64,000 nt of DNA from Glycera tridactyla. Taxonomy: Eukaryota. The notes below the pieces were generated by a model, which ran no database searches, was not told where the DNA came from, and saw only the letters and a program-made list of their open reading frames with translations. The translations under genes and the position numbers were made by a program. Below, piece by piece: positions 27,501 to 36,415 of the stretch. The DNA lies in contig OZ286459.1 in the NCBI GenBank assembly GCA_965644265.1, positions 108,004,001-108,068,000 of the forward strand. The letters run 5' to 3'. The number at the start of each line of letters is the position of its first letter. Position 1 is the first letter of the stretch.

Positions 27501-27780
27501 TTGGATGTGCTTGAATATGTTCACACGTACATTTCTGTGTGTATATTTGTAAGAGGAATGACTGGCTCTGCCCACATTCAGTTCAAGTGGATAATTGCAT
27601 GATTGACAGATGGAGGTTGTCAGATAGAACAGCCTCGTGAAATCCTCTGCAAACTTTGCCTCGTGGTATGTAATTTCATCTCTCAGAAGGTGATCACGTA
27701 CTACAGTCTTGTGTAATCATAATGCTGTGTGCTATACACTTCAGAGGATACACCCCAAAGTCATTCAGTCAGATAGATGA

Positions 27781-27813
<33 letters not shown>

Positions 27814-29071
27814 GCCTGCCACACACGCACGCACACACACACACGCACGCACACTTGTAGCGATAATAGTGATAGTGGTGCTTGTGAGTGTGAAGGGACC
27901 CAGTAATAATCATATCAATTAAAACCATGATCGCATAACATTGCTCCTATAGGAATTATCTTCATGCTAGTTGGTAGGGTAGAGTGGGCAGTATTTATAA
28001 CTAGAAACTAGAAGTGCACCATTTCGCGAAATGAAATAAAACATGAGAGCATGATCTTGATGAAGACAAGATGATGGTGGTGGATGAACAACCAACATAA
28101 GTGACAGACACTGGTACAAGGACGATTAGGACGATACTGCGATATCAAGCCACTATCGATAAGGAAAGATATGGTGTCTGTTAGTTATTCTCAACCAAAA
28201 CTAGATATTGAGATCAATACTCACTACTTAGGGAGCATTCACTACAGAGCAGCATTGGTGAGCAGATCAAACTGCAAATTTTGCTGGCCACTTTTGTCGA
28301 AGACAACAATAGAAATGTTAGTCTTGTATGCTCGTGTGCTGATGGTCCTGAACGTACAGCTATACAATGTTAGTCTTGTATATCAGAGTGAATGTACATG
28401 TGCTCACAGGCTTAACAAGTACACCTGTACAATCTTAATAGTGTATGTCAGCGTGATCACACATGTGCTCACACGAATACAAGGTGCGACTAGCTACAAT
28501 TTCATGCACTCTCCTCAAATTGCACTGGTGTGAATGTCTGCATACACTCGAATATTTTGAATAGGATTCACACTTTAGGAACATCTCAGTCGGAATGAGG
28601 AAGTGATGATGCATCGCATCAGATGATGAGGGATTTCTCCAAGGTTGTGACCACGATTGCAGGTTGTACCTGATTGGTTTGTCGTTATGTTGGTGTTCAA
28701 ACATGTCTAACTTGTCTTCCAGATCATGCACCATGGCGACAGGATGTGGGTTATTCAATTAACATAAGGTCAGAAAGCTTTGATTTGGACATAATCTGCT
28801 ACATTTCACAGTTTTGTACCAGTCATTTTCCCATGTATTCAGCCCAGATATAAAGGAGTGAGGGAATTCTCACATTTTCTTGATTTTTTTCTTGGATTTT
28901 CTTCTTATAAACTCCGTTCAATATCTATTGACATCCAGCCTGGAATTGTTGATTGATTGACATGAATCATGGACTGGTATTCAAGACACGTTCAGTCCTT
29001 TTCAGAATATCATTTGACCTATGATTGGTTGAGAATAAGACAACTTGTACACCTTTGGCTTTGAGACTTAC

Positions 29072-29190
29072 CCTCAACCAGTGATGTATATAGGGTAACA
29101 TTGGCTGCTTTGCGCCGCCCCGCGGGTAAACTTAAACCTATTGTCTCTAATTTTTCCCTGAGGGCCCGGCCACCATTTTTAGATTTTGCC
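29072..29190 (-). CDS. TFAP2: AP-2 exon 5c (third copy in transcript order, 119 nt)
   Basis: tttctcttgcag|G GCA AAA...GTT GAG G|gtaagt. Reads [39 protein letters not shown]; 34/39 identical to human TFAP2A exon 5 as recalled. Confidence 0.96.
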
Positions 29191-29243
29191 CTGCAAGAGA
29201 AAGCCGAAAACAGGAGTTGTAAATGTGTCTAGCGTTCTCTTAC

Positions 29244-29362
29244 CTTCAACCAGAGATGTGAGGAGAGTGACCGTAGCTGCCTTACGTCGGCCCGCTGGTA
29301 AACTTAAACCTATTTTCTCTAAACTGTCTCTTAGCGATCGTCCCCCGTCTTTATTTTTAGCT
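29244..29362 (-). CDS. TFAP2: AP-2 exon 5b (second copy, 119 nt)
   Basis: cattctcttgcag|A GCT AAA...GTT GAA G|gtaaga. Reads [39 protein letters not shown]; 32/39 identical to recalled human sequence. Confidence 0.95.
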
Positions 29363-29425
29363 CTGCAAGAGAATGGCAAGAAGGGGCTGGTAAGAGGCAG
29401 CAAATGGTAGGTGAAGCAGCCTTAC

Positions 29426-29544
29426 CTTCGACGAAAGACGTCAAAAGACTGCCTTTGGCAGCTCGGCGTCGTCCAGCCGGTACAGTAAAACCAACTCGTT
29501 CTAATTTATCGCGAAGACTTCCGATGTTACTTTTCGATTTGGCC
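29426..29544 (-). CDS. TFAP2: AP-2 exon 5a (first, most divergent copy, 119 nt)
   Basis: cttctcttttag|G GCC AAA...GTC GAA G|gtaagg. Reads [39 protein letters not shown]; 23/39 identical to recalled human sequence; no stops or indels. Confidence 0.88.
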
Positions 29545-31891
29545 CTAAAAGAGAAGTTAATAGATGACCTAGACTCGTGAAAAGATCACCTGGTGAAATG
29601 AAAAGAAGAGGAAAGTTGAAAGTCGACATGGTGTGCGGAGATGGCATTGTCGACATCCGTTACAAACATCCGACAGACTTCAAAGCTAAAATAGAAAGGC
29701 ACCAACAGACATTTAGTACTCAATGGCAATTCAACACTAGCAATAGACACACTTTTTATAGCTGATGACAATGCATTAGTCATAAACACTTGATCAAATG
29801 CAACTCGTTTGATTGTGTTCCTCCTATTCAGAGAGGGTACTTGGTGCGTATTGATTGCGGAATCAAACTCGATTGTTCCCAAGTGGGTTTGTCAGCAATG
29901 CACTTGGAATGAAATGACAAACAAATTCTTGAACACATTGGTTGATCTATTCATGCCATCTATTATTAATACATTGGGAAATATGGCCATGTGGCCGATC
30001 GTTCACCTTCAACTTGAGCATTAGAAATGAGAGTGACGGGGGTCTATTGTGTGCTTTGACCTTCCAGGGGTCAATTTGTCCTGGACAAAATTTCACCTGC
30101 CTTTGCCATCAAGCACAGGAAGTGGACTGTAAAAACCGCACTACGATACACTGATCACATTTCAGCGTACAAACTGGGTATGGACAGTAGAACTAACAAA
30201 TTTTACCCATCTTTTTTGCAAATTTCCATCCTCCACCCTCCCTCAAACAGAAGGGATTTTACAATTCTATAAGGAATATTTTGATATAAATCAGTAATAA
30301 ATCCATCCGATTATTGGGGGTTAATGCTCAAGGGGTTTTATATAATGGTGAGTGTGTGAGTACGGGGTCATAATGGCCACTCGACATGTTGCATCAGGGT
30401 TGTCAAGGGCTAGCAGAGCCTTAGTGTTCCCAAGGAGCACCAGGTTAAACACCGGACATTACCAATAACACAGAAACACAGAATAACGTAAATCTTAGGG
30501 GAAAGCATAAATATCATAATAACCGAAAAATCAATGAACTGATTTGCGAGAACATACACTATGTGTATACTCAAAGATCATGTTTGTGGATTTTCGGCGT
30601 TTTTGGTGTTTCCAGTGAGAATGGTCAAGTTCGTGTTTCGGGAATAGATCCTCAAAAGAACTTGAGGAGTGCCGACCAAGCACTCCAGATAATAGTGCTT
30701 ACTACAAAAGCGGTGTTTGCTACCTGAACGAGAACAAAAAGGAGACCGTGTGAGAACCACTGAGATCTCATTAAAACCCCTGCTGATGACCCCTTGTTAC
30801 ATGCTTAACCCCTCCCTGAGACATGCACATGCTGTTTATGAAGAATAAACATCCAAAATACCAATAGATCCTCGCTTCAGCATTTAAGAATATCCGCATT
30901 GAATTTGTATGGCGTCATCATACCAAAGTGGCGACGCAGTTCATGATGCAGTCTAAGGTCATCTATTGAAGGTCCACCAACTGTTCTTGAGTTGAAGGTG
31001 AAGCAAAAAGTCTCATAGAAGCCATAGCGAATACTACATAAATGTGGAAGGCTTATAGGACACATAGTTGAATTCCAAACTTAATGGGCATCAGCATCAT
31101 TCCATTGGTTTCCTGAATAGGAAAATGTATGGACATTTTAAACACATTGAAGCAGTTCCAAAGTGACAAATCATATTTTATGTGCCAAAGACCATGCCAT
31201 TCTATTAAAGTTTACTGAAATTCATGTGCCTTTCGAACGCATACTTTGCGGTTGTATGTTTCATACTTTGTGTGGCTTTTGGGGTAGATAATCGCGATGT
31301 TCAAGCATGCTAATCATCATGATAATTACATCACTCGGATATCTATATCGACCCTCTAGATTTGGGAAGTAATACAGATAAGCTTAGTGATTTGACCCCG
31401 AGGATGTTATGCGGCATCCTTCACTGGGAAGCTGTAGTATTGTCTGTTTCCGTGCAGCTCATCATGTTTATGAATCCACTGAGAATCCACTTACCGCCCT
31501 TCGCATTTAGACAAAGTGGAACCCATGGACCCATCCAGACTAATCTCTCGACGAAACACCATGATGTATTAGGGGCAACGATGACACCAATATATCAGTG
31601 GCCAGATGCAAATGCATCACTTATTCGGAAAATTGGCCTGTAATGAATGGGGTAGTGAAAAAGGAAGTTTGCAAAAGGAGGTGAATAACCCTGATACCCC
31701 ATTTAGCTTGCCAGCCTACTTGAATATCCACAATCACCAAATGATGCATGTCAGAATTGAGTGGGTTTTTTTCTGAGTACCAATCTACCTTGTATTTTTT
31801 CCTGCCAGATGTGTTACCTTTCACAGACAGCTATGTTTACCCCGTATTAAAACAAAGTACATTTCCGAAGAGTAGGTTTTAGTAAGTGCTC

Positions 31892-32152
31892 CCGGAAGTG
31901 ATTTCCGGTGCTTTATTTCACCTCCACCACACGAGAGCGGCACTCTTAAATGTGTTCCTTTGCACAATCGCAGCCATTCGATCTCCGCGCCGCTTTTATC
32001 TCCGGCTTTATGCGGCTCAAAACAGCAATTTCCATTTCAATGGTGCACTTAGGTTCTCAATGGAGTTGGCGGCAGTTCATTTTCGAGTCGGGTGCGGGTT
32101 TTTAGGTGGATGATCACCCGAGCAAAACAGGCGGGCGCGGTGCACCATTGAA
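31892..32152. promoter_or_regulatory. CpG-rich intronic element with inverted ETS-like sites and a 13-bp inverted repeat
   Basis: CCGGAAGTGATTTCCGG at 31892-31908. TTCAATGGTGCAC (32036-32048) and GTGCACCATTGAA (32140-32152) are perfect reverse complements. Function is inferred only. Confidence 0.3.
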
Positions 32153-35100
32153 TTGCCGAACAATGCTCTCTGAATAGAAGACGCGTATCCTGAGTTATCT
32201 AGCAAACAACTTGATTATAATTACCAAGCCTAGACAGCCTTCAGCATCCTTCCACACAATGACGCCATCTTGGATTTAAGTATGATGAGTTTAAACGACA
32301 CCAATCTTTACATCAGCGACAACAAGTAAACTAAGCTCGAAGTCAATGCTCAATTGTGTCATTAGTGGAAATTATTTAGAAAAGTGACTTATTTTGTGAC
32401 AGAGTAACTTCAGGTGTGATTTTGTTGGAGTATCACGACATCTATTGGAAGTTGTGTGCCGTTTTGGCTCAAGAAGAGGAGTCAGTGACGGGGAAGGAGA
32501 GATACAATCTTGGTATACAACTAATGCGACCACCCGGGAAGGTGTCATGAGCTCCCTGCTAGAAAGGGAAAGACGTGTGGTGTGTGCCACGTGTACTACA
32601 TGGACTGAGAAGGCAGAAACTAACATTCAGAATTACCTGCCTACCCGAGCCCATCAACAACCCAGATTGGAGAAGGGAGAGTATATCCAACTTCGGTCTT
32701 TAGACTTACTANNNNNNNNNNNNNNNNNNNNNNNNNNNNNNNNNNNNNNNNNNNNNNNNNNNNNNNNNNNNNNNNNNNNNNNNNNNNNNNNNNNNNNNNN
32801 NNNNNNNNNNNNNNNNNNNNNNNNNNNNNNNNNNNNNNNNNNNNNATCGTTTATGATCATTTGCCACCAGGTAAATATACACGCCCTAGCCAGGTGGGTA
32901 GCTATCATCCTGGTTTGCATAGAGAAGCATGAGATGGAATATACAAGAAATACACAGGTGTCATCATTACCCGGCATACGATATGCAGTAATACAAGAGT
33001 TAATGAACATCCTGGTGTTTTTGAATGGAGATGCTTTACCGCAGACTGTGCCGGCTATGTGAGTGCCACCTGTCAACTTTTACCACACTTTTACCACACT
33101 TGACGGCAGCCATTCTGAAGCGCATACAACGTTTGACGGAGAAGACAATGCAATGTCACTCGTTAACCCTCAACCCTTCCATACCCCCATCCATTTCAGC
33201 ATCTGTTCATTCCTATAATAGTTGAAATCACAGTTACCCTGGGATAATTCTTCATTTGCATGACCTACTCATATTAGCTTTTGGTATATGTAAAATAAAA
33301 AAACACCTGTAATTTCCGAATTACCGATCTTTAAGATAACAGATAAAAATCAAGTCCTTATAGGTACTTCAATGATAATGCCGATGGAATACAAAGCCCT
33401 CCTCCATATTGGATATAGCATTTTTGCAAGAAATAATGAAAGTTTCCGATGATATTTATGAAGGTGAAGTCATGTCTTTTGCGGGAATTTTTTGAATATT
33501 GAACTGATCGAGCTCTCTGTCAGATGAAGTGTTACCATGGCGCAGTGAGGCATAAGATGTGACCATATGTGACTTGATTGACAGAGTCGTGTGTTGACTG
33601 TCAGGTGATTGAATGGGAAGGTGTGAGAACACATGTCATGTGAAAATGACAAGCTTCGCACCCCGCCGAGTTAATAGGGACTACTCGATAAAAAATCCTC
33701 GGGACTGCCATCATATAGTTTGCAGGGCGCATTTGGTTGGGGCTGACGTAAAAACCCGAAAAAAAGTCAGGCGTCTAACNNNNNNNNNNNNNNNNNNNNN
33801 NNNNNNNNNNNNNNNNNNNNNNNNNNNNNNNNNNNNNNNNNNNNNNNNNNNNNNNNNNNNNNNNNNNNNNNNNNNNNNNNNNNNNNNNNNNNNNNNNNNN
33901 NNNNNNNNNNNNNNNNNNNNNNNNNNNNNNNNNNNNNNNNNNNNNNNNNNNNNNNNNNNNNNNNNNNNNNNNNNNNNNNNNNNNNNNNNNNNNNNNNNNN
34001 NNNNNNNNNNNNNNNNNNNNNNNNNNNNNNNNNNNNNNNNNNNNNNNNNNNNNNNNNNNNNNNNNNNGGCCTCGCACCGCAGCTGAGACTTCATCCCCGG
34101 CGCGACATATATAACTCACCTAGTTACATATATGTTTTATACAAATGATGAACCATGTGTGGGGTCCCCCAAATTACACGCTAGTAGGAGGTGATATATA
34201 GGTGTTAAGAGTACATGGCGGGGGCCTATAATTTAATCGGAGACGATGACATAGAACTTTATACCTTGTTGACAGATGCTCCCCAAGGGGCGTCATTCAA
34301 CTTTAAAAACTCACAATAATTCGAACGTGCCTCAATTATTCAAATTATGTCACATGCTGACTTAATATTCTTTCTCTTCTTGTAGAACTGCGAAATGTAC
34401 TCAAAACGTTTTTCTGAATCTACATTGGTTTAGGTAGAAGCAGGGTATCTATAAAGTTCATAAAATCATGCAGTGGTTGGTATTAGTTAGAGCAAGGGAG
34501 TGGAGAGAATATGACGAACTATGAGGAATACATCAAGTTGGTTGGTACATGGCCGTGGTTAATAACACGCCTGAAATGCCAGCTGACACAATTATGGCAG
34601 TCGGCAGAGGGAAGACATAATAGCGGCATGACTTCTGCAAGTATTCTGGACCTATGCCAACCAACTCCTGCCAATTTTATCCTTGCACTTTCAATTGAAA
34701 ACAACAGAATGGGGTTATCATGATTGAAGTATTTGTTGAGTCGCTTTCACTGTGGGACAGACAGAAATGAACTAATGGATGAACACCCATCCATATTGAT
34801 TGACTACGCAGGATAGACCCGACAGAATGACAGACAGACAGACTACAGAAAGAGAAGATGAAAAAGAATCATCAAAGTGATGGTTGAAGATGCTACGGCA
34901 AGTGTAAACAGCTGCAGTGATGAGCAGATGAGTGTGAGCCATCTGCAGAAATGACGAGTGTCAAAAGCAGCTGGTGAGCATCTTCCTGGATGCCATAAGT
35001 AGCTGGCTTGTAAAGCCCATCACAAGATGTTGTGCAAGCCGCCATTAGCCTGTCAACCCAACAAAATGCACCCTATCCAAGGGTAAGAAAAGTACTGACA

Positions 35101-36268
35101 AAACCTATACTCCATCCTCTATCCAACCCATATCAAGTACATGATGTTTGAATGATTACAAATGAATTCCAGTTGTTCTCTGAAAAGTATTATTTGCAGA
35201 GAAGCTAACCTATTGCAGAGAAGGGAGTGTTGAAATGAGTACTGAAGTACAGCTCAAGAACAACAAGTAGAAAAAGAAGAGATGGAGAAAGAGTGGCAGG
35301 AGAACTCTTGCAAGTGTCAGAAGCAATTGACTGGCACTCCTTTGATTTCATTAAAACAAGCAGAGAGGTAAACTTAATTGTGGCGTGCTTGGTCTTGATA
35401 TTTGCATTAATAATGGCATGTGTGTGTGTGTGTGGGGGGGGGGGGTCTGACACCTTCTTGTCTTTGTCGGCTCGGTCTGTCACAATAGAAACTAATGTAC
35501 CTCTCGTTATGGGTATCGCCCTTTGTCTTCAGAAGGATAGAAGGATGGATAAATGGAAGANNNNNNNNNNNNNNNNNNNNNNNNNNNNNNNNNNNNNNNN
35601 NNNNNNNNNNNNNNNNNNNNNNNNNNNNNNNNNNNNNNNNNNNNNNNNNNNNNNNNNNNNNNNNNNNNNNNNNNNNNNNNNNNNNNNNNNNNNNNNNNNN
35701 NNNNNNNNNNNNNNNNNNNNNNNNNNNNNNNNNNNNNNNNNNNNNNNNNNNNNNNNNNNNNNNNNNNNNNNNNNNNNNNNNNNNNNNNNNNNNNNNNNNN
35801 NNNNNNNNNNNNNNNNNNNNNNNNNNNNNNCTTAATACATCTCCTCAATGTCCTATGGATGCGTCCTCCTCTAATTACCATAGCAACATCAGAAATCTCC
35901 AACATCTGGCCAATTTGAAGTGACACTCAACGACACTCAAATATTTTGATTTATCTATGCGCGACGACTGCATTTGTTTATGTTAGAGAAGAGGGTCTCC
36001 TCTACGAAGTGTCCGAGCGACAGAACTAACGATGTACTATTTACTTGTAGATGCGATCCTGCTTGATATTGGAGCACTTCGTCAAATAAATAAGACTTGT
36101 CCGTTGGCCGAGAGTAAATAAGCAGCTTCCTTTGATAGGCGCTAGGTGGCCGTGTTAATGACGCAACTGGTGGCGCCATCGGGTGGTATTTGTGATAGTA
36201 CAACTCGACAGTTATTCCTAGGCATTTTCCGCTTTCTGACCGAAGTCTCAACAATTTGAGAGAAATTG

Positions 36269-36415
36269 GTGTTCTATAACAGGGTTGAGACCATTTGAAA
36301 ATTCGAATCTTTGAATTCTCTCTCTTATAGTTTCACCAACATGTGTTCTATAACAGGATTGAGGCTATTTGAAAATTCGAATCTTTGAATTTTCTTTCTT
36401 ATAGTTTCACCAACA
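36269..36415. repeat. Two-copy 74-bp tandem duplication
   Basis: GTGTTCTATAACAGG...TATAGTTTCACCAACA starts at 36269 and again at 36343 with a few mismatches. Confidence 0.9.

Noticed and set aside
29179-29403. 74-aa ORF as a standalone small protein
   Set aside because: It is exon 5b read through its flanking spacers, with a TTG start and no independent support.
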